In this document: one piece after another, positions 27,284 to 40,255 of the stretch
Position numbering within the stretch: the first letter of the stretch is position 1
How the letters are laid out: each line of letters starts with the position of its first letter
Assembly: GCA_002633005.1 (NCBI GenBank)
Contig: NMRA01000031.1
Coordinates: forward strand, 1,442,858 to 1,506,857
DNA from: Phoronis australis
Taxonomy: Eukaryota > Animalia > Phoronida
Reading direction: 5' to 3'
Length of the DNA: 64,000 nt
The notes under the pieces: model-generated
Seen by the model: the letters and a program-made list of their open reading frames with translations, nothing else
Databases searched by the model: none
What the model was told of the DNA's origin: nothing
Program-made: the position numbers and the translations under genes

Positions 27284-28406
27284 CCATGGACCACAGGCGC
27301 TTGGGTTTATCGCAAATGACGTCACTCAATAATATATATAAGAAAACATAAAGGTTGGACACTCGAAATCTGTTTGCTCAGAATTTTCTACTCAAATGTG
27401 CATGGAACTCCGCGAAACTAGCATCGGACAACTCTTAGAATACCTTCTTTCATTTGATCTCTTCAAATTGCCTTCGAGTGGTGATTTGGCGACAAAAATG
27501 CCAAAAGAATGCCAAAATCAGAAATTCAAGAACCTGATTCCGTGATGTCATGGCAGACGGTCTTCGTACATCCGGGTTTTGACCGACGCTCCCGAGCTAA
27601 ATCCGAAAGTCTAATTTCGCCCGGCTTTCGCCGTCAATCCATCGACTACTTGATCATGAGAAGCAGAGAGCACTTTATTGCCAAATAAATGTAATTTCTC
27701 ACATATTTGTGTCAAATATAAATTATCCTGATACTGTATCGATATGCGAAGTTTTTTGTGTACTGTGATTTCTTATGAAGGTTTTATTTTTGGCCAAAAC
27801 CATTGAGTTAACTCGTCGGCCACGCGCATTGTAATACTTGCACGGGCTGCGTTTCCTGGTGTGTGTTGTGCTTCAATCAAAAAAGTGCGTGATGTCAAGA
27901 TGAGAAACAAGATACGCCAGTTTATGTAATAAAGTTCTAAGTTAAGGGCTAAAATGAGCCGTCAGTTGAATTAAGTTACAAATAAGCATTAAAATACTAA
28001 CTTTAACGTTCTCAATTAGTTGAGTTTTGGATTAGAATTATTGAATTTGAAATATAGGTTGCTTGCTCAAACTTGAAGTTTCACCTACGTCAGGCGTACA
28101 AGTTGAAGCACAACAGAAATCCGCCATGTTTACTATTTCAGGTCCTTGAATTCAGAGTTTTGAGATTGTTTTGGAAATTCCATCGCCAATTCACCACTCA
28201 CGAAGACAGTTAATGGGATCTAGGAAAGATAAGGCTTCGAAGGTTTATGCAACACCAGACTGAGGGAGGTGCAGGCAGATTTTATTTGGATTTTGGACGG
28301 TTGAAGTTGGGAGCCTCGGCTTTGCAAAGTTTAAGTGTCCAACCTTTGTTTTATTATATATATATTGTGACGTCATTTGCGATAAACCCAAGCGCCTGTG
28401 CCATGG
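27284..28406. mobile_element. 1.1-kb non-autonomous TIR element with about 75-80-bp TIRs
   Basis: ccatggaccacaggcgcttgggtttatcgcaaatgacgtcac...aaaggttggacact (27284-27363) is inverted at 28334-28406. Confidence 0.8.
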
Positions 28407-28589
28407 ACTAGAGAATTGGTCAAAGAACGCCGACAACATGGAGCATACCAATGTCTCATGCGAGAGTTAAAAAATCTGGCAACAAATATAACAAGAACTT
28501 TCATTTTCGTGCTGTATTCGATAAGGCTGTGTTCCATATTCCCGTATACGGCTCTCTTGATTTTAGCTGCTTGCTGATTGACTATCACT

Positions 28590-28754
28590 AAACTACACCA
28601 AACAGTTTCCAAATTAGTGTGGGTGACCACATTTCAACAAACTTCAGCAAACTAGTTTGGTCGTGTTTGGCAACCCGTCCACACTGACAAACTGTTGCTT
28701 GCAAACTCGAATTTGGTCCAATTTGCGAACAAAAATTGCTAATGTAGAGGGGCT
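28590..28754. mobile_element. PIF/Harbinger-like MITE half
   Basis: Terminus tgtagaggggct|tta and internal ccgtccacac/caaact motifs. Other end not identified. Confidence 0.35.
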
Positions 28755-31700
28755 TTAGGCGGTAGGCTTACTGGAAGGTCACGCGGTTCAACACCCGGGG
28801 AAGCTGAAGGTCACTGACCCTGCAAACGTTTGCAAAAACAAAAGCAGAAGAAAAACACATCAAAGTATTTTTGATGAAAAAGCACCGAACAACTAATTTC
28901 TGAGATAAATTCGTATAATTCTGCCCCATTTTAAGCATTTTATTTATGCCTCATTGTCGGCGATCACGTGACATCAAAGGAAAATGATGTGATTCACACG
29001 CTATGTTTATTTTGAGGGACAGGTGACCCACATTAAAATACTGAGGGACTTGTCTCAGGTGCAGGGAGTTTGAATGCTGCTGCGGAGTTAGTCTGTGCGC
29101 GAACCCAGCCTAAAAACTGGGAGACTCAAATTTTTGAGAATGTGGACCTTTCACTAACAAATTTGTTTCTCTGACCTTTTTGCCCACTTCGCCGAATGGG
29201 AGGAGGGGGGTGGGGGCTTAAACAAGCTGGGTGAGCGCATGCGCGCTACTGCTAATTCGTGCAATACTGCTTTTCTCGCCAAGAACTTTAACCTACAATC
29301 TGAATGCGAAATATGTCAAAAACAAGGTCACTACAAGTGCTGTTTACCTGCGGGCGCCGCCAACCTTATCAAGAAGGTGTGGGCGCAGTTACTTTTCCGC
29401 AGTGGTTTATTTAAAAACCCCATGAACAGATTTTAATGCGAGTTAATTCAGTTGAAACTTAAGTCCAAATATTGGTCATTATACACAACTGCAATATCAA
29501 CTGAATTTAGCATGACTATCAGTTGAACTTTTATTTTTGGTGGAGCACCGTCACTTCAATGGCCGCCTTAGTGAGTGACACCTCACTCAACTGCCGCCAT
29601 GTATGTAATAAGGTTTCCGCGGAAAGCTCGCACACCTTCTCAATTAAAAATGCTAGTAAAATAAGGCAAACACAAACAGGACTGAAAGTTCCGAAATGTT
29701 TATATTCCAGTGATATGTTTTGACTGACGAAACTCATGCTGTGTTTGTAATTGGCGAAGTTCAGGAAAGATTATCTTTAATACTCTGCAAAAGTATCGTG
29801 TCCATCCATGCTATTTGTTGTCGGGGTTACGTTTGGAAAATTAACTCAAACTAAAGGAACTCAGTTGCAAAGAGCTTCATGAAAAAATACCACTTGCGTT
29901 GTGTTTTGTCCCAGAAACACTTAACACATGCAGATGCTAATATAAACCTAATCCTATGGTGTTGATTTTTAGGAAAATGTACCCTATTTTTTAGGAAAAT
30001 ATATTTCTTAAACCGTAAAGCTTCAAACTATGTACGGAGGGATGCAACGGTGTCAACCAAAGCTTTCAAAATGAGAAAATATAAAACTTTCTGTAAAACT
30101 TTCTTTTTGTAGTTGGATATAATGAAGCATTTGTAGTTAGGAACTCCCAAAAAGTGAAACCATTCGTCTAGATAGAAACCGGAGAAGGTATGCTTTCGTA
30201 GTACCGGTTGTGAAAAACTGAAGTCAACCATCTGAGCAACTCGTCTCTAACATCTCGCAATAACTTCGCCCCTCCCCGGAAATCTGGTTGTCTCAGACCA
30301 AAGCCTAGTTAAACTAAAAGTAATCGAAATAAAGTTATGAAACGAGTTTCATCTCATCCAATGATGTATTACATTTTCAAATAACATGAACTAAAACTGT
30401 CAAAGAATATACATAGAATCCTTTTCAGCCAGTAAGAAAACGAAGACTGAAACGCAAATTAATATTTCCCCGAAAGACTCAACTCATTTGCAGTTCTTAC
30501 CTGGACGAAGTGCAACTGTGGCGATGTTCCGGTTTAACAATAATGATGAATGATGAATGATTTTGTATTTCATGAAAATACCTGTCCAATATGGTTCTCT
30601 AATTAATCGTTATATTCCGTATCTGTCAGCGTTCAGTCAAGCAGTATGTGATAATGACAGCTCAAGCTGATCAAAGATCTCGATGCGGACAAGAAATGGC
30701 CCGAGACTTATGACCAATCGACTAGGAACTCGACTCGACAGCCAACTCGGCAAACGAGCGGACTGGCCGGGTGACCCATGCGCTGTCCCGCTTTACACAA
30801 TAACACGCACAACTGCGACCTATGGTTGAACCGGTCGTTTGACCGAGATTTCAGACCCAGTCTTGGCAAAACAAAGTTAATTACTCGTTAGTGCGCCAGA
30901 TAATTTGTTACCAAGTCTTGTCCGTAATCAATCAGCCGTGTCTCGTATAATCCTTGATTGACATCTCTCTTAAACGCCGATTAGTACTAATACACTGAGC
31001 TGGCTTTCCATCCGGCAAAAACTGACCTGTGAACAAAATCAACGTTCTATTAACACACCCTTCGACGCTCAGGTGTGATGTATCAACTGCCCACGCAGGG
31101 GATACCCATAAAATAAACGTCTGCTCCCGGATCTGTAAACTAAAACTAGGTCACCAATATATTTTATCCAATACACTTACATAATGGGTCAAATACCACA
31201 AACAAACGTTTCTTCTACAAGAACCCGGATCTTTTTCCATCCAAGGCTATAAACATTTAAGTATAGCCTAATCCGTGTCTACCTTTGCTGAGCGACGGTA
31301 GGAACTACGCAACTAATCAGACGGAATTTATGTTATAAACAATAATTACAGAATCTGCCAATTTCTAGGTTGAATGTTCGCTAAGTCACGCTATGAAAAG
31401 CGCGTGTCGTAATCATATGCTGTGCGTGCGGTACTGTACACTGTAAGATTGACCCAGAAACCTTGTTATTAATAGTTCATAATAAATGTGTCAGTCGTAG
31501 CGGTCAGAGGGCAGTGACCACTGAATGTTTGTTGGGCAATGACCACATCCATAATGATTACTTGTTGGAGGCTGTCATGTTGTGACATGCACTGAAATAA
31601 ATGCATTTTTATTTCCAAATGACTCGTCTTCCTTTTTCATTATGAAGTGCAAGACTATACAATGGGCGTGCAAAACCTCACAGAAACTAATTTATCGGCG

Positions 31701-32149
31701 GGTAGTACGAGACGTGATGGCAGAGGGCGCATTACTCAAACTATTCCGCCTTACGAAAGGACACCAACTCATTTTCAATACAGAAAGGGTTTGTTTCGTA
31801 TGAATCAGTCCCATGAATGTGGATAAAAGCATTTTAAGTGGGCCAGTAATTCGCGTCTTCGTCGGAGCTTTCAACGTCAAAGTAGGCTATAAAGCGTACC
31901 GTCTTTATGCCATGCAATTATTCACGCAAGTTCAGCTCTGTCACTCGCTGAAATTATATGAGACGTTATCGACAAGTCAGTATTTAGCTAATGAATAACT
32001 CTAGAACTTTCTATTTCAACTCAATAAAAGAGTGTATTTTCTAACACTAGAGAGCCTGTTGAATTTCTAGTTTGAGTTTTAACCATTTTCCAATCTTCCA
32101 ATAATTGAGTCACGTGAACATGCCCCTTTTTTACTAAAAATAGCCAAAA

Positions 32150-32493
32150 CACAGGCGGATTTACGGGGGGTGGGCAGAGGGCCTGCCCCCCCTCTTGGTT
32201 GCCGCAAGCAAAATGAAACAACAACAGCGTGAATCGTGAGAAAATATTGAGTTCAGTGACTAGAACCGGTAGCGGACTGGGGGGGAGGGGGTGCTCAGAC
32301 TCCAGACCGCGGCGGCAGAATCGCGTCATCGTGTCCCGTTTTTTAGTCCACCGATAGATTTTCCTGAACAAAAGGTCGACTGTCCACATCCCCAGCCCCC
32401 GCAAGTTCCAGGCCGCCCGTGCATACGCGCTTTGTCCAATACCCCAATATGACATATTGGCCCCCCCCTTATGGTACCCTACATCCGCCACTG
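32150..32493. mobile_element. G-rich CAG..GCGGAT MITE
   Basis: cacaggcggatttacgggggg ... ccctacatccgccactg. Confidence 0.65.
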
Positions 32494-33004
32494 GTTTGGA
32501 AAGGTGTATTGATATCAAAACAATGGTATCAATGAGATTGGCAAATTTCATTTCATATAAATGTTTAAAATGAAATCTCAGTAACGCTGCTGCAGCTTTC
32601 TAAATCCTTCGTTTTCGTTTCATGGCAACTCATTACGTTTTAGTGGACATCGTAATATTCTTGTTTTTGACTGTTTCTCATGTAAAAGTGGTTCACGTTC
32701 AAAGCAATTCCTAATAAGGTTTCGGAGAACATTTCATAAAGTATCGTATTGAAAAGTTTCATATACCGAATCCGATCAGCCATTTCTTATGTTCCTAAGT
32801 CAGCAAAATCTGGATATTTTTCTATTCTCCTTCATGAGGACCCATGGTTACACCTGTAACTTTGCGGCTGTCTCAAGACCCACACAGCCCCAGCCTTTCT
32901 AAGTAACAGTGTCCCTTTTCTCATCAACGCGATTTCAGAACGTGCCTGTGCTGTGTACGGACACAGATCGTCCGCCAGTCATGCTTACGGTCGGGGAGAA
33001 TCCT

Positions 33005-33187
33005 AGACAGTTAGATAGATATGTAGGTAGATTGATTGGTACATAGGTAGGCAGCTTGGTTGGTAGGTAAGTAGGTTGGTTGGTTGATAGGTAGGTAGAT
33101 ATAGATAGGTAATTAGATAGGTAGGTATATGGATAGGTAGGTAGGTAGGTTGGTAGATAGGTAAGTATGTAGGTAGTGAGCCTGAGG
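33005..33187. repeat. (GGTA/GATA)n microsatellite, left part
   Basis: Direct reading. Confidence 0.9.
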
Positions 33188-33755
33188 TAGGCTCGCTGGT
33201 TCCCTGCGTGCCGCTAGATGGGGCGGTAGCCTCGCCAGCACGCAGGTATCACTTAATTTTCCTCGGTAAATTTTTTTACACCAGCGTTTCTGATTGGCTG
33301 GTCGAATCCTCAACAGGCAGCGCTTTACGCAAACAAACTGGCACGACTGATGGATTGAAGTGTAAATGTGGTCTGTTGTACAGACAAATCGGTGCTTAAA
33401 AATTATGTTCAGGAAATGTGAAGCCTAGAAATTGTGATTGCGACTTTTCGGAATACATCTTTCTACTGTCGATGACTTTTGTTTACGATAGTGTACGTCC
33501 TGTATTCATACAGTATGACTAACACACCGGTTAAATGGGCTAGATATGTGTTTATATTGTACATGTGCGTGCTTCAACATCACTGCAGAAACGCAATAGT
33601 TGCTGCGACGTTACTTGCATGACAAGGCTAAAAATCGTTCACAGTCCGCCATTTTTTCACGGTGTTGTAAAGCTAACCAATGACTGCCGAGGTTACATAG
33701 ACCACTGCGTGATACCTGCTTGCTGGCTGGGCTAAGCACGCGGGGAACCAGCGAG
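33188..33755 (+). mobile_element. Composite double-TIR element, copy 2
   Basis: taggctcgctggttccctgcgtgc...gcacgcggggaaccagcgag encloses tagcctcgccagcacgcaggtatca...tgatacctgcttgctggctgggcta. Interior is colinear with 20620-21098. Confidence 0.8.
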
Positions 33756-33769
33756 ATGAGATAGGAGGT

Positions 33770-34419
33770 CAGTGGCGGATCTAGGATAGCACAAGGGGGG
33801 GGGCAACATTTTGTCCGGCTGTAAGCATTTGCGCAAACCACGATTGTAGATGCGCATAGCACCGAATGGGGGAGGTCGGGAGGGGGTTTTCCCACCTCCC
33901 GCCCAGGAAAATTTTCTGTTTTTTCCTCTAAAAATCAAGCATTTTCCTTGATTCCTGAAGTATTATCCAAGAAAAGAAAAAAAGGTAAAACAGGAAAAAC
34001 TGCAAGTTCCACAAACTCGAACTCACGACCTGCCGGTTAGAGCGCGCATGCTTTACCACTACACCACCACGCTTTGAATCCTACTCTGATACTAAGAGAC
34101 CTACTTGTTTATTGTCCACAGCGTTTGCGCGCGAAACCTACTTCTTTTTGTAATGCTTATTACACGCTTTATATTTTGTGCCTATACTTAGCCATAGTTC
34201 CGTTACGAATGCACCATGCTCCGAATTTGACACTTGAAATTGGATCTGAGCCCCTCCCAAACACTAAAACTGCACACATTTAAATCTTGTTTCATCCGTA
34301 TAATTTTAATTACAAAGGTTAATTAATAAAATCAAGATTTCCCTACGCTCTTGCCGTTTTATTTTTTTGCGGAAGCCAAGGGGAGGGGCGGGCCCCCTGC
34401 CCCCCTAAATCCTCCTATG
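33770..34419. mobile_element. CAGTGGCGGATC-type MITE carrying a tRNA-like insert
   Basis: cagtggcggatctagg ... cccccctaaatcctcctatg. Confidence 0.65.
34009..34072 (-). pseudogene. tRNA-derived sequence (SINE head or tRNA pseudogene)
   Basis: Minus strand gcgtggtggtgtagtggtaaagcatgcgcgctctaaccggcaggtcgtgagttcgagtttgtgg has an A box (tggtgtagtgg) and B box (gagttcga). The cloverleaf is degenerate. Confidence 0.6.
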
Positions 34420-34421
34420 CC

Positions 34422-34541
34422 GAAGGTAAATAAGTAAATAAGGTATATAGGAAGTTAGATAGGTAGGTAGGGAAGAAGGTAGGTAGGAATGTAGGTGGGA
34501 AGATAGATAGGTTACGGGTAGGTAGGTAGGTAGGTACTAGA
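34422..34541. repeat. (GGTA)n microsatellite, right part
   Basis: Direct reading. Same motif as 33005-33187. Confidence 0.9.
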
Positions 34542-37500
34542 TATTTTATTAAGACCAAATAATACAATGAACATTTTTTACTAAAAGCACTTGAGAATGT
34601 CAAGGAATGTTAGGAGCCAGTTAGCTGCAGGCTACCTTTTACGATCGTTCACAAGAAAATGTGTGTTAGTTAAGTCATAAAGGGTAATCTACACCTTTAA
34701 GCTAAAATCTACACCAAAGCACCTAAAATCTACAAATACAGGTCACCTCTGGAAGGCAGACATAGTGTGCCGGAAATGTAAATTACAAATTGTTGAGAAA
34801 AACTAAATATGAACAAAGGTACAGACGTGAACTAAACAATTAGGAGTGGTGACGGATGCAACAAATACTTGTGGAAAGTATGGAGTGAGCAGGCATGTCA
34901 GTGACATTTTATTCAACGTTCAGAACAAGAGTAGCAATCAGCAATTGAACGGCAACATTGCCACCGGGTAATATGTAAAAGCCCCAGAGAAAGTGTTTGT
35001 CACGATGTTTTCAGGGATACGGTTCAAATTTATTATTTTGGGGAGTTAAAATCTTAAGCAATTTTCAGTGAGTTTCTTACTAGACTATGGATGGGATACG
35101 ACTGGACGAGACAACAAAATCAGACAAAAAATTGGCGATTATACTTGACGTCTATTGCGAGTTGAATCTGTGCCAAGAGACTGATACAAAACCAACTAAA
35201 AATGGATATGAAATCGAAACAGCGAAATGTCAATTTACTTATTGTATTAAGGAATTTGGGCGAGGATTTATCTCTTTTCACAACTTGCTGTGTCCATGAC
35301 CACAGAAGCGTGAGGCGACTCGCAGCTTTCGTTCTACCTGTTAGCGAACCGGGGTATTACACACAGCGCCACCTGGTTGCGGTAAAGCCTTGGATGAGTG
35401 GGTACCTTTTGCCTCTCAACGGTCGTATATATATAGACGCACAAGTCCTTCAGGAACAAAACTATGTTTTGTCTTTATTTTCCCCGGCACCGTTCTGTCT
35501 TAAGTACACCTGGTTGATGTAATATTGTGGCGAATGAAAGGACTTAGGGTACATACGAAGCTGCTCTGTACCTGGCTAGTCTCCTGCACAGACCCACGAG
35601 ATTGGTTGGGGTCTGCCACAGGGCACTTTTCCATCCGCATACTTGGAATATCAATGACTGTTCCGATTTCAAGAAACAAGGCATTCTACTGGTCAGTTGT
35701 ATAATAGGTCAAACTAGTTCACCAACATGGCGACTTCCAGTAAAAGAATGTCTAGCCGTTTAAATCTCTCTGTTTTGATCAAACTCCCGCATTTCAAAGC
35801 TGACGAGTCAAAGAATACATCACCAGTAACGTATACGAAACATTTTATGATAATTATCTTGTATACTATGCTGGATTCTGAAGTGATGTGACTTTTTACG
35901 AAATAATTTGTGGAAGAAATTAGACAACCTACAACAACACTCAACACGAGTCATTTTAGGCACACTATAGCACCGAATAGTGGGAAAGAAGTAGCTGAGT
36001 GCGTCGCGGCCACAGGAAATTGTCTCGATCTTTTCAGAGCACACACTCTCGTATGTTGACGTGTTCATATACGTTATATAAGCTCCCGTGAATACCGTGA
36101 AGGTTGAACTAGTGGGTCATGCCGAAATTCTGCTATTATTCATTGTCATTGCATAGTAGACTGGCACACTTGTCACTACTAACAGAAGTTAGAGCATAAA
36201 CATGCAGTCAATGGTCCTAAACACAAAAACATTAAGTAGTCTAGCAATAGTTTTATAATGACTGACATTATCGCTTTTGGCGGTGCCATTCAGCAATGAC
36301 TGCCATCGTACAGTCGTTCAGAGTGTTCAATTATTTCGGAGGGTGTTTGTTGCTGTGAAATTAGGATTATACCCACTCTTTAGTATAATCAGCAAGATAA
36401 AACCTCACCCTTTTGTGAGTTGGCACAGTCATTAAAACTGACCCATTTTGGTTAGAGCCTCAATGGAATAGTCAAATGTTCCGATAACATAATTATGCAA
36501 AGTTATTATTTACAGGGAATTGAATTTCAGCAAAAAGCTGGACTGTATTCTTTTTACACAAGAAGCCTCAGTTGTATATGAAACATTCAGTGGTTTTGGT
36601 GCAATGGATCATTTTATACAGTTGGAACCTAAAAGTAATTTTTTTTGTGAAATTTATTTGGAAATTCGCCCTTTTATGGTGACTTTTGCAGTGGCTGAGT
36701 CACTGGTCAGAGTGGAACATTTGGTCATATGCAATCTATGCAAGTCATCTCTCTCTCTCTCTTGGACCCCGACTCGTCGACTGCTTCATTTTTTTTGCTT
36801 TCCACGTTCACATGATGTCAAGTGTTGCAGTTAGCAATAATCATCTATTAATTTCAGTCTAACTGCAAAACCAGAACCATTCTAAAACATTCAGAAACTA
36901 CTATAGTACGCTGTAATCAAAGAATCCTGGAGTTAGACTTTGTAAGTAGAAACATAAAAACTGTGGCCACTTGAATGTCATGAATGGCCTCCTTCAGACG
37001 TGGGACCCCTCTATGTCAAAATACCTATATTTTCAAAAATCAAGAAATGTGCAGCAATTGATGATATCAATTTTTCTCAAGTGATATCCAATTCCAGAAA
37101 AAATGACAGTTGTCTCCATTATCCCTTGCCAGAGAGGGGCCTCTAGAAAAATACGGTTTTGCAGTCGCAAAATTGACTTGCTGATTTTAAGAACAAGTAG
37201 ATTAATACGCTCCGAAAAAGCTTAGCTTTACAAATTTTGTCGAATTTTCGAAATATATGAATGAATCATTACGTGCACGTTTCCAAGTGCATTTAGACGA
37301 CCTGTGCTGGGAAAGCGGAGACCCCAACAACAATGTCTTGGCCAGGGTTCTTAAAAGGTAAACCATGCACTGATACAGAGTTGTTAAATGTTCTCTTGAG
37401 TTTTCTCTTATCCGCATTTAGCAGTCTTTCTTTTCTCGACTGTCCCGCCCCACGCGTAAGTCGCTTGCCACGGTTTGACCCTGACTCCTGAAATTTTGTT

Positions 37501-38519
37501 TTGGGGGGGGCGTGTCCCCCGTGCCCCGCGGCCCACCCCTGCATGGTTAAAAGGATCCGAGAGGTACCTACCGATACACAATCCGTAATCGAATAAAGTT
37601 TACATAAACACGCTCCTCACGATTCGGACCCGAAGAACACACCGCCATTTTGAGCTTACCGCGAACCCTGGAGAACAGAACCCAGGCTGTGCGACTGGAG
37701 CAGTGTCTGTTACTAACCTGCAAACGGGGATAAAAATAACTTCGTCAGCGCGTCTTAAAGTTAATAAAATCAAAATACGGACAATTGTATCGAAATTGCT
37801 GACGAAATGTGGCGAATAACTTTTGACAGAAATTATTTTGCCAGACTCGGGCCCGCAACCGATCGGACCCGGTGCGGACCGAGACCAGACACTGGCGAAC
37901 GGTAAAGGCATGCAGTTGCAAGCTGTTTTGTCGAAGTAAAAGGTTCAAATCATAAAATTTAATGCCGATGCGTACAAAGGTAGTTTCAGACACTTGCATA
38001 AAATTACGGGCTGATTAGTCTTGTGTGTCACACTGCCGCGGCCTCCCCTAGGTTAACTACATGTAGCCAGCCAGCTAGCAGTATGAAAACTATCGTCAAA
38101 ATATCAAATTTAATCAAGCCTTGAACAGCAGTTGACAGTCGAACAAAAAACCATTTCAAAATTATTTCAACTAGTTTTTTCGCTTAGTGTAAGATCACCT
38201 GAATGGAAAATTCACAGTAAAATAATTCAAATATACCTTATATTTTTTTGCACAAAAACACGAAAATTGAACAAAGTTCCTTTTTTGTAGCAACGTTTGT
38301 CAAAATGTATCAACGTTAAATCCTCACAAACTGCAAAGGAGCCGGTTGAACATGCCTTTCAGTTCAGCACAAGTCGTCATGTTGTCGGTGCCGCCAGAAA
38401 TGAGACTAAGTCCAACTGGAATTGTGAGCACCGTGACATTTATCACACTTAATAAGTAACAACTGCGGGGCTGAAATTTGGTGAAAACTCTTGCAACGTG
38501 CAGAATAGTAAGTAAAGAT

Positions 38520-40255
38520 ATGTCCCACTATACAAACGGCATATCCTTGATGAGCTGGAACGCACATGGTCTCGCGAAAAAGATTGGACAATCTGGGGTT
38601 ATTGACTTTATATCTAGGTATCATGTTGTAGCAGTCAGTGAAACATGGGCAAATAAACCAAACCAGTTTAGTGTACCAGGCTATGTAAATGTTGATGTGC
38701 AAAACATAAAGAGAAGAAAATTTGGAAGAAACTCCGGGAGAGTGAGTGTATTTATCAAACATGAATTAGGAAAATATTTTAGAAGTTTGAAGGTTGACCA
38801 TATTCACGGTGTAGTCTTAAAGGGCGACAAAAGGTTGTTTAAGACGGGCAACGATGTTATTTTTGGCTTTATTTATGTAGCCCCAGAAGGATCGCCAGTG
38901 TATGAAGACTCCGCAGAGAAAAATGGAGTAACCCTGCTTGGCCAAGAGTTGTTGAATTTGTCTCAGAATTTTTGTGATTGTCATTTTGTTGTCATGGGTG
39001 ACTTAAATGATAGAGCAAGAAACTTGCAAGACTGTATTCTGAATGACAGTGCCGATTTCTTACCGTGTCAAGATTGGTACGATAGTGACACATTTTGTTC
39101 GCCCAGGCAGTCTAAGGATGAAACTAAATAATTTTGGCAAAACTTTAATTGAATTGTGTTGTGACTTTAGCATGCATATTGTTAACGGTAGGAGTCAGAG
39201 TGATAAACATGGCGAGTTTACATGTCACGCATCAGGTGGTTGTAGCACTGTAAATTATTTGATCGTATCAACAAGTCTACTTCAACATATTTCAGATTTT
39301 AGTGTAGACACATTTGACGAGTCTGATCATTTTCCTATTGTTTGTAATGTTGCAGGTAATTGTGTGTATGGCAGTAGTTGTAGCGTTAGCACACTCGCCT
39401 GGAGTGGGATAGTGGAAAATTCTCAGTATACAAAGAAAATAAGAAACAATTTCGCATGTTATACAAACAAAAGAAAAAGAGCATCAATCGAAGTTGTTAG
39501 AAAATATTTTGAAGAGTAAAAATAATCCAAAACAATTGTGGGCTCTGGTAAAATCAAATTTTAATAGTAGTCCGAAGCAAACTTTGATAACTCCTGAACG
39601 GTGTTTTAGTGTTTAGTGTTTAGGAGTTTCAATTTGTTGCTAAATGAACGGAAGAAACAGAGCGACACTATGTCAAATGCGGTCGTAAGACAACAAGAAA
39701 ATCATGACAATTATTGTGATGCTTGTGACGAAAATATACTCAGTGATATGAACACTTTTTTCTCATGTGAGGAAATTGACTGCGCTAGCATTGGTCATGT
39801 TGTGTTTGAGATGTTGAAGAGTACAAGGGTAGCTATTGTTCCTGTATTGGAACTGCTTTTCAGTGGAATTCTCGCTACAGGGCTGGTGTGACGCAATAAT
39901 TGTTCCTGTATTTAAACAGGGTGGCACTGAAGATGAGAACAATTATAGAGGTATCTCATTGTTGTCAATAGTAGGAAAGCTATTCACCAAACTGTTGAAC
40001 AACCGGCTTAGCACCTGGGCTCAGGCAAATGGCAAACTTCGTGAATCACAGGCGGGATTCCGCAAGGACTATTGCACTCAGGACCAAATGTTTACGCTCC
40101 AGGCCATGTGCCAAATTATATCACTAAATCAGGAGGTCCTTTTTATTGTGCTTTTTTCGACTTTTCGAAGGCGTTTGACAGAGTTCCCCACATGCTACTC
40201 TGGTGTAGATTACAAAAAATGGTGTCCATGGTAACGTACTTAAAGTCCTGATATT
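38520..40255 (+). pseudogene. RTE-X-like LINE ORF2, 5' part: APE endonuclease and N-terminal reverse transcriptase (frameshifted)
   Basis: SWNAHGL, SETW, MGDLN, IVNGR and SDHFPI (APE). IVPVFKQG-NYRGISLLS, QAGFRK and shifted-frame DFSKAFD (RT domains 0-3). Confidence 0.9.

Noticed and set aside
32021-32551. 176-aa ORF
   Set aside because: It runs through a GC-rich MITE and shows no protein motif.
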